DNA of 64,000 bases from Eledone cirrhosa (taxonomy: Eukaryota), in assembly GCA_964016885.1 (NCBI GenBank), contig OZ024742.1, positions 326,058,001 through 326,122,000 on the forward strand. The letters run 5' to 3'. A program made the translations under genes and the position numbers. A model generated the notes under the pieces. That model saw only the letters and a list, made by a program, of their open reading frames with translations, did no database searches and was not told the DNA's origin. Positions 1-16,340 of this stretch are shown here, in pieces (position 1 is the first letter of the stretch; each line of letters begins with the position of its first letter).

Positions 1-156
1 ATTATTGTCCCGTTGATCCCTACTCTATTGTTATCATTACATTACGCTTGTACCATTAACTCTCCCAACAGTGGTAACGTTAAATAAAACTTAGTCATAC
101 TGTTGTGGGTTATTATATTATTAACGATACTTCTAGTTGGGTTGATACCTATTTTC

Positions 157-600
157 TCAATATATCCCGATTTTCATTTGCTTCATTATAATATTAAGAG
201 TTTTGGTCGAAAATTCGCTCATTACCTGAGAATCCGAATATTCTTCTGGATATTTTATACAAATAGATTTAATAATTGATTTTGAATAGTTAAAATGTTT
301 ATGTACATAAATGAGATATTCAACCGGTTTATAGTAAAGTCTGTACAATTCAGTATCTAATTGAAATGAGACATCTAAGAAATTAAAGACCTCAGTATTA
401 ATATCAATGTTAACACTTATATATATTTAAAAACGGAAGTGTTTTCATCTTAAGCTCTGAATTTTTATGATTCCTAAAAGTAAAACGAGCATCATCTCGA
501 TATAGGCTAACTTACATACTAGGGAATCCACTAATTAGTTTATTTAAGGAAATAACCCAACTAGCTCGGTGATCTAAACCGAGCCATTCGATGCCACAGT
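157..600 (-). mobile_element. Degenerate PLE reverse transcriptase fragment
   Basis: The minus strand reads SLYRDDARF (~483-509), then NFLDVSFQLDTELYRLYYKP..YVH, matching the PLE RT YRDD and thumb motifs seen in the copy at 8059-8838. It has stops and frameshifts. Confidence 0.75.
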
Positions 601-1318
601 AATGACAAAATTATATAATATATAATGAAAGTGCATACAGAATCTATTATTTGTGAAAACGCTTATTAAGTTATGACCCAACTTAATAATAACAAGAAAA
701 TCTATTCACATTTTCCCCAGATTTTATTTAGTTTTAGTCTGGTTTTGTTTCGTTCATTTTTATTTTCTGTTGTCAAGTATTACTTTATTTATCTATTTCT
801 GTCTTCATTCTTTCTCTTCACTTCGTTTACTTCTTTTTGAAACATTCATATAAATTAGATAATAAAACATTTTCAAAATTCATGAAACTAAATTTATATT
901 CAAAATCGTTCAGCCATAATATCTAGTCACACCCACATTTCCATAAACACACATAGATACTGACTTAGTTAAACAACACTTACACAAACACACACACAAA
1001 CACACACAAACAAACACAAACACCTACAGACACACACGCACACACAAATATAGGCATACAACTGGATAGGCCTATACCATTTCCCCCATCACTTTTAATC
1101 CTTCGTCACCAGACAATTCTCATTTCTATGCAATCGAATTTCTTTCTATCATACCTTTCCCAATCACTCGTAGATTTCATTCAAGCATCCAATAAATTAG
1201 TTTATATTGACCTTAATTCCATAAAAGCAAAATTCTTAACGATTTAGAACTTCTACATTGAATCTTATCTGATTACCATCTGTGTACTTACGAGAATAGT
1301 AAAAATAAAAAGACTCAT

Positions 1319-1394
<76 letters not shown>

Positions 1395-1400
<6 letters not shown>

Positions 1401-3300
1401 GAATATAAAATGAAAGTGCTTTTTTTAAAAAGGAATTTATTAGGTATTGAAAAATGTTTCTGTAACAGACAGAATACCTATGTTTCGCTGCTTGCGTAAT
1501 CATATAATGTTAGCAAGTATTCGATAGCAAAAGTATAATCAGTTGTCACTTCTTCAGAGATTTTGGATAAATTGGAAAAAATCAGAAAAATTGAAGTATT
1601 TATATTAGTTGTAATAGAGGAAGAAGAGAGGGGATAGTATATGACAGATGGTAATTCAATTTACTGCTAAACAGTATATAAAGGGTTTCTAATGAGAATA
1701 CAATGAGTAAATGGTTTATTTTATCTAAATAAGAATTTTTGGGAGTGCCTATTTTAATCTATACTTGACCAATTGAACAATGGACAGGGCTGGTCATTTG
1801 GTGTAGTAGTATTAATTATAAAGTGTCAATTAAGGAAGGGGGAGATTTCGACTACTACTGAATAACATCAATCCTAGTAGCCAGCTGGTATATGCATTAG
1901 GGAATTGAATTAAGAAATCTCATTTTATCTATAGCAGTTTATATTAAATGGTAAATAATAGAAGAGTTGATAGAATTAAAACTAATAGAGAATGTTAATA
2001 TGTATTTTGACAATCAAACGGAGATGGAGACAGGCGTTCAATCCTGGTAGTATTTGTAATATGAAAATGTAGATTTTAAGCGATGGTTACAGTATAACGA
2101 TCGCTCTATTCTGTTATTTAATAAAATGTTTTTGGATTTCATAATACAAAATAATTCCATATTACCTAATTTACAAAATTCCTGTCCGTGGGCATATGGA
2201 GGGCCAGGCGCTATTATATCCCATTTTAGGTTAAATTGTTGGTTATTTTCACGCAGCTGCCAAGCCTTGTCTGCAAGTGTTGTTACATAACGCTGGTTTT
2301 CATGTTTTATCGAGTAACAATGTCTATAAAGGCGTGATTTGAAGGAGGTGGCTGTAGATCCCACATAGTACCACTTCTGTCTATCCGATTCGATAGTACA
2401 TTTGTATATTATGTTGCGTTCAAGACTTTGGTTGTTCAACGGACACATTCCTGGTTGGACACGGTTACAGTTATAATTTTGCGTTGTTGTATTGGCATGG
2501 ATGGGTTGATGAGGTTGCTTAGGTAGGACGGGATGTTATTTGTTGTTTTGTGATGTTATAGCTAATGTTTTACGTGTATTGTTATGTGTTGGAAGGCGTT
2601 TATACAACCGTTTTGCGTTAAGCTTTTTTATATGTTGTTCAATATTAGGGGCGGTTGAATATGAAAGTCGAATAGTGTTAGGGTTTAAGATTTTATTATA
2701 TTTATGATGTTGGAAAGTGTTTTTTAACTAATCGAAAGAATTGTGAGTGTAGATTGGTTTTAATAGAGTTGTTATAGACCGGGTTGTACCATATATACTC
2801 TTTACATCACCTTATGTTTGGTGGTGTGCGACTATTATTGTGTCTATTGTGGTAGTGTATGTATGGTGGTGATTCTGTGCTATTTCTACCCCTATGGGAT
2901 TTATTTTGGGTTTTTTGGTGATCTTCGACTATATACTCTATATTATGTATGTGTGTATACAAATATATGTACTTTTGTTTTGAAACACCGAGCCAGTTTG
3001 AAATAGAAAATTTCGCCGTATTTTTGACAAAAGAAATGTTAGCCTGATAGTTGGGTTTAGAACCCTCTGAGAAATGGAAAAATGATGAGTATTGACGTTC
3101 ATATGAATCGAACCCACATCTTTGGTTATTCCGACCACTGTGCTACCATTACACCATCTATTTTTTTTTATTTCAAACACGCTCGCTGTTTCGAAAAAAT
3201 GTACTTGTCTAGAAATGCCGCCGACTCCCAACATTTATATTTGTCTCCCCATACTACAAAACACACATCTATTTGTATATGCGCTACAATTTATGTAGAT
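1395..3300 (-). mobile_element. 5'-truncated Hydra-like PLE (RT C-terminus, GIY-YIG, 3' pLTR) ending at (TA)n
   Basis: ORF 2038-2448 has CPLNNQSL..NIIYKC..YVGST..FKSR..H..W..CKL..E..LLN.R.E..CNH. Upstream is ILNPNTIRLSYSTAPNI. The 3' pLTR (1395-1700) recurs at 58102-58942. Confidence 0.85.
2038..2448 (-). pseudogene. PLE GIY-YIG endonuclease domain
   Basis: IIY...YVG motif, conserved R and E, terminal LLN.R.E...C.H. Confidence 0.85.
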
Positions 3301-3586
3301 GTTATGTTTATCGCATATCGAAGTTTTTTTCATATCTTGGTTGATATTTGGTAATAATAGTGTAATATACTATGTTAACATTCATAGTATAAGTTGTCAT
3401 GTCATAACGTTTCCGCTACATATCCCTATTTGTCAATTGCTAGCATGTGTATTCAGAGACAGATTTCATAGGTCATTTTGCTGTAATCACTTTATAACTA
3501 TTGAAAGCAGTAAATATAATATGACCTGCTTGGATTCAAATTGCAATCCCCCCCCCCTCACGCAATTCAGAGATTCTTCCACTACC

Positions 3587-4265
3587 TCTGTATATATATA
3601 TATATACTCAGGTCCCAAATAATATAGGTGGGGTGGACATTAATGAAATTCTTATAAGCATGGTTGGGAATCTGTAATTGTATAATGTACGTTCGTAAAT
3701 ATGGGATAAGTACCCCAACCGATTTTTTTCAAACTTTACATGTGTATTACTTATGTTTCAGGGAGTGTTATGCACATAAAATTCAACTTTTTGATCCCGC
3801 ATTTGGTGAAAAACTGCATTTTTTCAGCTTTTAGGGGTTTCTTGAGGCGTTACTTTAGACCGATTTCCTTGACATTGTAACTATGTATTAGTCAGTCTCT
3901 TCTTTATACCGTGAGCAAAGAAAATCCAACTTTTTATGGCCTAGGGCCCGCATTAGGTGAAAAACTTCATTTTTTCAGCTTTTTAGGTTTTGTTTTTGCG
4001 TTACGTCTAGCCAATTTTTCCCGAAATTTCAAGGCATATTATGCACATAAAAAAATTCATTTTCTTGATCCCTAGGACCAACATTAGGTGAAAACCTGCA
4101 TTTTTCCTGCTTCATCGACGAAAATCTTAAGGATTATCCAGCCATCAAAGTATTCGGTTTATTTTCTTTACATATTGTCCAGGCTTCCAGTTTTCCACGA
4201 TTAGGTCTGTTGGGGGCCCGCGTTCCAAAATACTTATCCCGTGCAACGCCAGGTACCACTGTTAG
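3587..4265 (+). mobile_element. Probable non-autonomous Helitron
   Basis: Starts TC-TGTATATA and ends CCCGTGCAACGCCAGG (hairpin-like) + TACCACTGTTAG, resembling the Helitron hairpin-CTAG 3' end. It has three degenerate ~130 bp internal repeats (~3779, 3921, 4050). Confidence 0.5.
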
Positions 4266-4863
4266 TATATACATTTTTTTAATATGAAATAAAATTATTA
4301 TTAGATTTTCTTGCTGCTGTATCAATATGAATCACTTACAATAAATTTTCACTGGAGATAGATTATCAAAATACAATAAGCGTGGGTGTATGAATAAAAA
4401 CAGGGGTGGGGATGGAAGAAATCTTTAAAATTAATAAGCTTGAGTGGGGTCGATTATTCAAGTCCTGAGAGAACGTGAATTACTGTCGGACATAAGAATG
4501 AAGATACAGTATCATAGTAGAATTTAAATGAACATCTATTATTGCTAAGTGATGAGCCTTGTTACTCTGGAATTTTACCTGTGTACTCACGGGACGATCA
4601 GACAAAACTGGTGATCCTCTGAGTGGGCAATTTAAACTTTAGAGTAACAAAGCTCAGCAATAGCCATAATAAATGAATGTATATATATATATATATATAT
4701 ACATTTAGAAACACACAGATACATGCGGACACACACATATATACATGAATGCATCCACACCCAACTGTGAGTTAAGGGTGCCAACTTCACCGATGTTGCT
4801 CAATGAATGACTGGGACAGACCAATTCAGTTTGAACCAGACTGAACCAGTATCAGAGTTAAAA

Positions 4864-5090
4864 ATACATTATGAAGAGAGAAGAAACATTTAGATATAAT
4901 TAGTAATAAAATGTATCATACCTAAACTGTTCCTAAATTCCTCGACTACGTAGTTTCGTGGCATAAACAAAAAAAAATATATATTGTTTTTGTTTATGCC
5001 ACGAAACTACGTAGTCGAGGAATTTAGGAACAGTTTAGGTATGATACATTTTATTACTAATTATATCTAAATGTTTCTTCTCTCTTCATA

Positions 5091-5096
<6 letters not shown>
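4864..5096. repeat. Near-perfect fold-back element carrying an HHR 3' half
   Basis: Arms of ~110 bp centred near 4980. GAAAC-TACGTA-GTC lies at 5003-5016 and is mirrored. The right end abuts (TA)n. Confidence 0.9.
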
Positions 5097-5168
<72 letters not shown>

Positions 5169-5178
5169 GTGTGTGTGG

Positions 5179-5214
<36 letters not shown>

Positions 5215-5298
5215 AAATATATTCATATAGACAGTTTGAACTTTAGAGTAACAAAGTTCACCAATAGCCACAATAAATTAATGTATATATATATATAT

Positions 5299-5550
5299 GG
5301 TGGCTACCAACTCGTTTTCGAGTACGGCCACTACTTTATATCCATGTAGGAGAACCCCTACCGATGCGCTGAACGAGTGTGACTTTTTAGTCCAGCCAGC
5401 GACTGAAAACTCTGGTACAAACACTACACTTGTGACAATTATTGACACATAGTGCTGGGCCCATGGTACCATGTGACGACAAGTGCAGAGAGATCTCCAG
5501 ATATAAAGCAATGCCTGTGCTGTGAAGCTTTTATAGTGAGCCAAGGCACT
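5299..5550 (-). mobile_element. RTE-type LINE 3' end (second copy at 24318-24565)
   Basis: The minus strand encodes a C2H2-like terminus CSVCTRVFKSLAGLKSH (clearest in the 24.4 kb copy), typical of RTE ORF ends. Confidence 0.65.
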
Positions 5551-5705
5551 GCACAAAGCCAGTCCCACTCTCTTAACCAAGATGATATTTACCAAAAAGA
5601 AGAACAAGTCAACATCATTGGATACCATCAGGGTTGCAGGTGTTATATCAGAGTTTTCCTTCTCCTAGAATTCTGCCTTGACAAAGGCTAAGGGGTCATC
5701 TGTCA

Positions 5706-5814
<109 letters not shown>

Positions 5815-6015
5815 TTTACATATATATATACATACATATACATATACGTGTTTTGCAACGGTATCTAACTGTTCTCTCTACCAGCCAACCAATCTGCCAC
5901 CTGGCCTACCATTCATAAACTTCTACTTTGCCCGCTAGCCACGTGATGAATCTTATGTATTTTGAATTCATTTCTGGCGGCGATCAGTGTGAAAATTTTA
6001 GTCCAAACTTGAGGG

Positions 6016-6103
6016 AGTCTCTTGATAAGCTCTAAACCTCATGGATAATACCAGGATTGGACATATCCACAAAGTACGAGCGAAACTATCGATAGTCGGG
6101 ACT
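6016..6103 (+). ncRNA. Type I hammerhead ribozyme, U3-A8 core, long stem II insertion
   Basis: AGTCTC-TTGATAA-GCTC-(~45 nt)-GAGC-GAAAC-TATCGATA-GTC-GGGACT. Stem I is 6 bp and stem III is palindromic. Predicted cleavage is after 6097. The 3' part recurs at 32217-32545. Confidence 0.8.
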
Positions 6104-6253
6104 AGAGGAATTTTGGAAAGTTTATATGCATTTTTTCTTCAAACTTACATTTAAGACTTAGCTCCGTTTAATTGATTATTTGTCTAGTTAATTTCCACGG
6201 ACTAGGGTGAAGAAAAATCGGGTATGTTTTATCTAACTGTTCTTCAAACTTGA

Positions 6254-6373
<120 letters not shown>

Positions 6374-7299
6374 AAATATATATATATACAGGAGATGAAT
6401 AAATTGGGTATAATACCAGTTTCTTACCCAAATGCAATGAAGCCCGACATATTAATCCCTTAGGAAATAATACAGAGCATAATTATTTTAAATTATATAT
6501 ATATATACAGGTGTGGGGGGAGGGATCCGGGTGCTTGCCTCCCCCATGATTATATATTTCTTCCCAAACTACATATTTGGATATGCACTACAATGTAGGT
6601 ACGTGTTATGTTTATTGCATATCGAAGTTTTCTGACCATTTTAGAGTGCAGAGCCAAACTAATCATTACAATTACAAATTTGCAGTACCCACCAAATTCA
6701 GAAATGCCTCCATTGCCCCTGATATATACATGCACACAACAGTAATATACATACATACATTAAATTACATTACTCCACATTAACTATCCTGACACCTAGT
6801 TACACATGTTTCTTTGACTGCTTATTTCAGATATGTTTGAGTTGACCCCAAATCATCAGATATTTTTGATGTCTCTTTTTAATGGTTGTGTTCTTTTCCT
6901 TCAAGCATGAAAGAGTTACGTAAAAAGGAAGAAGGAAGTATAATAATTGTATGGTTAGATAAATACAATTGCAAAAGAAAAGTGTGGGATGTAATTTTGT
7001 AAACAGGAATAGTCTATTTACTATGATATATATGCTCTATGTAAAAATATAGAGAACAAACTGTTGTAGCATCCAAATAATGTTGACAGGTAAAATATTA
7101 ATAAATTTGAAGTGGTAGGTCCATATGAAATATGTGGTCAATGGGTGGTATGTTTGGGGTTCTTTATGAATTGTTGAGTTGTGTAACTTTTTTGTAATGT
7201 TACACCGTACAAAATTGTCATACCTCCTAAATATTTACATCTTTTATTTGATTGAGGACCTGTCGTTATGTGTGTACATATGTCTTGCAAATTTAGTGT

Positions 7300-7900
7300 T
7301 TGCTATTTTGTCTGAATATCTGAAGATCGTCTCATTATTCAAGAAACGTTTTATTTTAGATTGGCCTTCTGACAAAAGTTCTGACCTATGGTTGTTGGTT
7401 TCATTGGATCGATATGATATCAAATTCTTATATCACGGCGATCACATTTCAAGCTTGATCAAAAGCACATGCTGCTGGCTTTCTGTAAGACTAGCTTGTT
7501 ATGGGGGAGATTTTGATTTTGTTGATTATGTAGTTGTTTGGCACGCGAATATCCTATTTTAAATGTATGTCTGTAAAACATATTCCGATATTTGTGAACC
7601 CCATGAAAATGATTATATATGGAAGCTAGTAATTTCTTTCCTGTGTTGGTCTTAACGTTTAGGGAGAAGAGGGTATGAAGCATATACTTTCTCTAATATT
7701 ATTGCTTTAATTTCTATTCCTAGGGTGTTGGACAAAAGAGTAGGAAATATTACCTTTAGGCTTTTGAAAGTGTCTACTGAGTTTTTCCTAAAGGTTTCGA
7801 GATCATGGCTCGTAGCAGCAAGAACATCTTCTAGATACAGAACTATATTAACGTCTGGAAATTGACGTTTTAGTATACTATCTCTAAAGTGTATGCTTCC
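7300..7900 (-). mobile_element. Degenerate Hydra-like PLE fragment
   Basis: ORF 7459-7683 FSLNVKTNTGKKLL...HF...HKYRNMF...KIGYS matches FNPPFNSEVLTN...KLSYS of the neighbouring PLE. A decayed LYLEDVLA (YRDD-like) motif lies near 7830-7850. Confidence 0.65.
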
Positions 7901-7919
7901 ATAACATCTCAGGCCTCTA

Positions 7920-9650
7920 GGCTATAAAAATGATAGAGCTCTGTTATTCCAAACTCGATACACAGACATACATGTTATTGACCTTCAAATTATAGTCCAC
8001 TCTAGAAAAACCTTTCATTTTTGCAACAGGGCAGTCTAGGTAATAAAGTTAGATACCATTGATTGATGTATTCGTGGGATACGTGATTAGGCGAATAGGG
8101 TGTTCTGCAAACTTTACCAAATTACACTGCACTATATATATAAGAACTAGGAAACAGTTACATAGGTTCTTTAAAAGCTTTAATCTAAGTATTACCATAG
8201 ATGTAAATGACAAAACAGTAAACTTCCTAGACGCCACCCTTGACCTAGAAACTAAAACATTTGCACCCTACCATAAACCTAATGATAGACTAACATATGT
8301 AAACGCCAGCTCCAACCACCCCAAATCAGTCCTAAACGCTATTCCCAGGGGGGTATCTATTAGAATTAGCAGACTGTCCTGTAATGAGAGTATCTTCAAC
8401 TCCAATGCACAGTATTATGACAAGGCCCTAGCAGAATCTGGTTACGGGAATAGATTATCATATATACATAAGGACTCCCAAACCATGAGTGTGAAACCTA
8501 CCAACATAATCACACATAGTATGGCCACAAAGCCTAACCGACTTATAGGCAAGAATAATAGTAAGAACCCTAATGGTGGTAACCCAGCTAAATGTAAACC
8601 ACGTAGAGACAATACTAGAGTCCTTCACCACAACTCTAAAACAGCAAATGATCATGACATGGATATAAACCAGACAACGCCACTAACGTTAATAAGGGAA
8701 CCCTACAAAATAGTACGCACAGTAACGAGACTCACCCCACAGATAAGAAAAACAGAAGAAGGAAAAACATGTATTTTAACCCACCTTTTAACTCTGAGGT
8801 CCTCACTAACCTCCCCAGAGTATTCTTCTCATTATTAGAAAAAAACTTCCCACCAGGCAATAGATATCGCAACATAATTAACAAAAACGTGATTAAATTA
8901 TCCTATTCGACCACACCTAACCTCGCATCACACCTAACACGCACGAACATTAGGAAAACTAGGGAAGGTTTCGAAGCAATTAAAATGGCAGTTAACCACC
9001 AGCAACCGACTACAATGGAAAATGGGCAACATAATAGCATCACTGAGCCATCTAATGATATAGAGGCACCTAGTGATAATGCTAGTAACCAAAGTTCGGG
9101 AGGTACGCTAACTGATCGAACCCGCAGTTGCAATTGTAGGCGGAGTAGTAATTGTCCCCTAAGGGGGGATTGCCTCATGAAAAACATCGTATATGCATGT
9201 GACGTAACCACACACAACTCTACCAAAACATATATAGGATCAACGTCCAATACATTTAAAACTAGATTTAACGCGCACATAAACACATTTAGACACGATA
9301 GACATAAGAATGCCACCTCACTGGCGGGATACATCTCCTTTTTAAAAAATAATAGTACCCCATACAAACTTTTTTGGAGGAAGCTTACTAGATCCACGCC
9401 ATACCGACCGCAGAGCGGGAGTTTTGACCTGTGTTTACTGGAATGCCATGCCATAATACACTCTAAACTGAACCTGCTTAACAGGAAATCGGAAATTTTC
9501 TCCTCTTGCCAACACAAAATCCTGAGTTCCTTCTTCTATTTTAAACCTAGCACATAGACGTAACATATATTACGCAACCCCCACCTATTATACCCTTCCT
9601 TGACTATAGCTTCCCCCAACCCATAACCCAGATAGATAGGTAGCCTAAGG
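7920..9650 (+). mobile_element. 5'-truncated Hydra-like PLE (RT thumb + GIY-YIG), frameshifted
   Basis: ORF 8059-8838 has VNFLDATLDL..PYHKP..SSNHP. ORF 8769-9557 has FNPPF, CNCRRSSNC (CxCx5C), NIVY..YIGST, LCLLE and LLNRKSE..CQH. Confidence 0.9.
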
Positions 9651-9688
9651 GTGGAACAGTCCCCTACAAGGTTGGTGTTTTTGTGTGT

Positions 9689-9720
<32 letters not shown>

Positions 9721-11227
9721 ATTCTCCTTTTCTCTCTCACACACACACACACGCAAACATATGTATATATATATGTGTGCGTACGTGTGTGCATGCATGC
9801 ATGTATGTGTATGTGTATTGTATACATGTATATTGTATATATATATATATATATGTATACTGTATACATGTGTATTATATTGTGTGTATGTGTATATGTG
9901 ATATGATTGTGTATATGTGTATGCATGTGTATATGTGTATGTATGTGTGTATGATATGTATATATGTGTGTATGTATGTATATTTTTTCTGTAGAAGTCT
10001 TCTCTATATGTGGTGTTTGGCATGAATTCCTCCTATAATACTCTTGTTTGAGAGGAGCACGATATGTAGAGTAACACATATGTATTGTCGCAGTTGAAAC
10101 TGAGAACCACCACCCCTCCTGCTGAGGACCAGAACACCATTCTCCACAATATAAGAGAGGAATGCGCTTGCCAGACTATTGATGACCATAAGATCACATT
10201 CCAAGGTAATGGCAAAACACAGTGAATGCTAAACACGACCAGAACACCACAACATGCACATCGGAGCAACAGAGATATAATATCAATAAGCGAATCAATT
10301 GAATTTTTTGAGTTGAAATACATATAAATATGTGTCTGTGTGTATCGGACACACGTACACATAAAGAAACTGTTGACTTTAATGTACCTGTCATGCCTGT
10401 CTGAATTCCTAAGAGAATTTTCGGTCAGTTACTATCTTGACCGATTACCCTCACAATTACTACGTAGCGGTTCTTGCACGTGACTGCTGGACCCGGATGA
10501 AACGAAGACGAAGAATTTCCTTGCGTACCGTTTTGTACCACAGATGCGATCTCACTCTGCCTCGTTAATGTTCAATCGACACCAAAGTTCTACCTTCGGG
10601 GCAATAGAATTGAATCCAACTACCGACAACATAGTTGGTTGACCGATAATCACACCAAACCGGAGTACTGTGATCCTTGTGATTTCGAGATATACAACCA
10701 CTGACACTGTTACGAAGACCAGGAAACCATACACCATAATATTGAACCAAGTGATTGATTTGTGCGACCAAAATAACACAACACACATATTGAACTAGGA
10801 ATATTGGATCCTCCGTCAATGTCTGGGTGAGCAAAAATAGATTTCTATCTGCATTGGAATTTACGAACCTGTGCATCTGCTGTGGTGTCAAGAACAAACG
10901 CACATGACCGCACAGATGAACAATGGACTATGCCACGTGGGTTGAACCTGCAAGTGAATTGAAGGATGTGTAACTCTGATATACAGATTATTTATTATTA
11001 AGATGTATAAACTTGACATAACTATTATCATCTTATATTCTCTCAACTAATCACATTTCATTATATTTCTCTATCCCCCCCCATGTTTATAATATTTTTA
11101 TTTGAAAAAATCGGTTTTTTTACATTGTGTTTTTCCCTTTCTATTACTTGCTTATATTTCTTTATATATTCTCTCTATATATTTTTTTATATATATATTT
11201 TTTTATCTTTATTCTTATTTTCACTTT

Positions 11228-13177
<1,950 letters not shown>

Positions 13178-13199
13178 AACACACACACATATATATATG

Positions 13200-13285
<86 letters not shown>

Positions 13286-13518
13286 TAGATATATATATAT
13301 ATATATATATCTATATATATATATATATATACACACACAGTTCAAGAGTAACCAATCTTAAAGAGAGAGATGATGGAGATAGTAGAGGAGATATGAGAGG
13401 AAAGATTGGTGAGTTAGTTAGAAGCCAAAGCGTAAAGGCATGTGCTCAATGTGCAATATGCAGTAGAAAGCAGCTAGGTGGCTGGGTTGATGCAGAGGTT
13501 AGGTGAGCAGACCTGGAA

Positions 13519-15615
13519 ATATTCATTAGTTAAGCAAAACAAGACCACAAATTTCACAAGGAAGACATTAAGTCCACAATTGCACTAATTGGGGAATCGA
13601 TTTGCTTAAGAAACAATTTCATAGATTCTTAAAAAATAACGGCCTCTCTATCACCATCGAGCTGAACCATAAAGTAGTAAACTTCCTAGGCGTCACCCTT
13701 GATCTCAACAATAACCTTTATAACCCTTACCATAAACCAGGCCAAATACTCACATATATTAGCCCAAACTCTAACCACCCACCGACAGTCATCAGAGCAG
13801 TAATCAAATCTATCTCCTATAGGATCTCAATGTTATCAGCAAATGAAGATATATTTATAAACCACGCACAATATTATAATAAGGCTCTCTCTGAATCTGG
13901 TTATAAACAATCAATTTATTACATACCAAAATGCCATATCACAGCAACTCACCATAATAAACTTAACACTAGAACTAGAAATACCTTAGCATATAGCCAG
14001 ATTCGCCGGAATTTTAGCAGTAACAGCACCTATACAGGGAACTTTAATGGTGGCAGCGGCCTGCTCCCCACTCCTTGTAGAAAACTAAGAATCAACCCTA
14101 GAATAGGAATGAGAAATGGGATGACAAATAACAACCCCCCAGGTAATAATAACCCTAGGAAGGCCCCTACCAACTCCACTAGAACCCCTAGAAGGAATAG
14201 ACCTAGACATATCACCTGGCTTAACGCACCATTCTCATCTAATCTTGCCACTAATATCCCCAATCGCTTCTTCTCTATCCTATCCAAACACTTCCCCCTA
14301 ACCATAGATATTACAAACTCTTTAATAAAAACAACATTAAAATCTCATTCTCCACAACACCTAACCTAGCTAGCCACGTCGCGTTCAGTAACCATCATAA
14401 GCTAAGACAGTATAACTCTCACACCACGGTACCACCACCCCTATCAAATACACCACGCCACTACACCAATAATTACTCTAATAGCACACCTCCCGCATCT
14501 AATCCTTCTAGCATGGACCAACTGCTTAGGTTAAATAACCCTACTCTCACTAATCTCAGAAGCAACTGCAACTGTCGGTACCCCAATGCATGCCCATTAA
14601 ATGGACACTGACTGACATCCAACATAGTCTATAGGTGCACAGTTGAGACTGCTTCGAATACCAGCTCTTATATCGGGTCTACCTCTAACCCTTTTAAGGT
14701 ACGCTATAACGCGTACTCTTTTTCCTTCCGAGACCCTAGCAACAGATGTTCGAAATCGCTAGCTAGGCTCATTAAAAATCTTAAATTAAACAAAGTTCAA
14801 CACTCATAAAATGGGATATCGTAGCTAGGGCCCAACCGTTCAATGGACGAAGGAAATCGTGTGATCTCTGTGTTACGGAAGCATATTACATAACTCTATC
14901 ACAACCTCTACCAATTAACGATAGAACGGAGGTAACCATTAGCTGTCTACATCGAAGGGCTAATTCCTTCGCCAATAGAGTTTTTGACCCAACTTAGTCA
15001 TGTAGCCCCATCTCTAATTGTAGCTAATAAGTTAAATTGCTATGAACAACTCGATAATTATAAGTTACCTCCCCTACATTGTCTCTCAATTAAATAATTT
15101 AAATACTAGCACATAACTATAAAATACACACATTCTCTAATCTCTCGAGAAGTTACTTCCCCTGAAACCACCCTCTAATTAGTAAGGTAAATATGCCCTT
15201 TGGCAGCCATCTTGTTACCCATAGGCAGATCTCACACAATGCAGCCTCGACAGATGAGTACTGCTTGATTATGGCTGACAGCTGATGCAACCAAGGCACT
15301 ATAGTAAAAACTAATATATGGAACATTATATTATGTAACATTATTTTAATTTATATTCCTTTGAGTTCCGATGAGCCACTCTGTTTTTTTTTAAATATGT
15401 TAATTACTTTCAACTAAACCAGATCAATTATGATACATAGTCATCTGATCCAGAAATATTATACGGAGTAGCAAAACAATTGTAAACGGACATTATTATT
15501 ATTAATATTATTATTATTATTATTCTCTACATTCCTTACATCAAACTAAAATATGTTGACAATCTTTTAATAATGTCTTCCTTGTGAAATTTGTGGTCTT
15601 GTTTTGCTTAACTAA

Positions 15616-15622
<7 letters not shown>
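13519..15622 (+). mobile_element. Hydra-like PLE, 5'-truncated, with a 52 bp terminal inverted copy
   Basis: ORF 13602-14369 (VNFLGVTLDL, PYHKP, SNHP, WLNAPFS). Broken GIY-YIG at 14560-14995 (CNCRYPNAC, NIVY, YIGST, CDLCVTE). 13519-13570 is the reverse complement of 15571-15622, followed by (TA)n. Confidence 0.9.
15365..15487 (+). ncRNA. HHR-like motif, CCGATGA core, ~85 nt stem II insertion
   Basis: GTT-CCGATGA-GCCACTC...GAGTAGC-AAAAC-AATT-GTA-AAC. G12 is mutated to A, so it is probably inactive. Confidence 0.6.
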
Positions 15623-15680
<58 letters not shown>

Positions 15681-15686
15681 TTATTA

Positions 15687-16022
15687 GGGTAAATATTGAT
15701 GCAATTCAATTCAAGCACTCAACGTACTTATTCCACATAGGAGTGACGGAGTAAATATCGAATAAGGAAAAGTGAAGTAGTTTCAGATGTTCAAGTCTTT
15801 TAATAATAATGCTGTGATATATATTTCAATGACGACAGTGGCCACAATGTCGATTCAATTTGGATTGCCTCGGAAATATAAACTTATTATGTAACAAGCT
15901 GTCTGACGATGGCGCGACACTGGCGCACAGAACAGTGTGGCCACTGTCGTCATTGAAATATATATCACAGCATTATTGTTAAAAGATTTGAACATCTGAA
16001 ACTACTTCGCTTTTCCTTATTC
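15687..16022. mobile_element. Asymmetric fold-back pLTR-like element (short version of 22060-23067)
   Basis: Arms 15762-15847 and 15936-16022. Both termini are identical to those of 22060-23067. Confidence 0.85.
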
Positions 16023-16036
16023 TATATATATATATA

Positions 16037-16281
16037 AAGTCAGCTCAAATGTGACACAGGGGTGACTGAGGTTAGCTCACCGACATCCAGATTTGACATT
16101 GCACTCAGTGCTCCTGTGTTAGCCCCTGCATGGACACACTGGAAGAGGAAGGCCGAGGTTGACATATGTTGATGCCCTAAGGACAGACACTGGTCTCTTG
16201 GAGACGCAGGACATGGCAGCGATAATGAGGGACAGAGACCGCTGGAGAGAACTAGTCCATGAAATATCAGGAATTTTACCG

Positions 16282-16285
<4 letters not shown>
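16037..16285 (+). mobile_element. RTE/RTEX-type LINE 3' fragment
   Basis: Encodes HRHPDL..H.VLL..P.HGHTGRGRPRLTYVDALRTDTGL...MRDRDRWR. Confidence 0.7.

Positions 16286-16340
<55 letters not shown>

Noticed and set aside
14609-14611. In-frame TGA at a conserved Cys (CPLNGH*L) of the PLE endonuclease, suggesting selenocysteine as in some Naiad PLEs
   Set aside because: This copy has frameshifts and other stops, the paralog at ~9171 has TGC, and I identified no SECIS; a point mutation is simpler.
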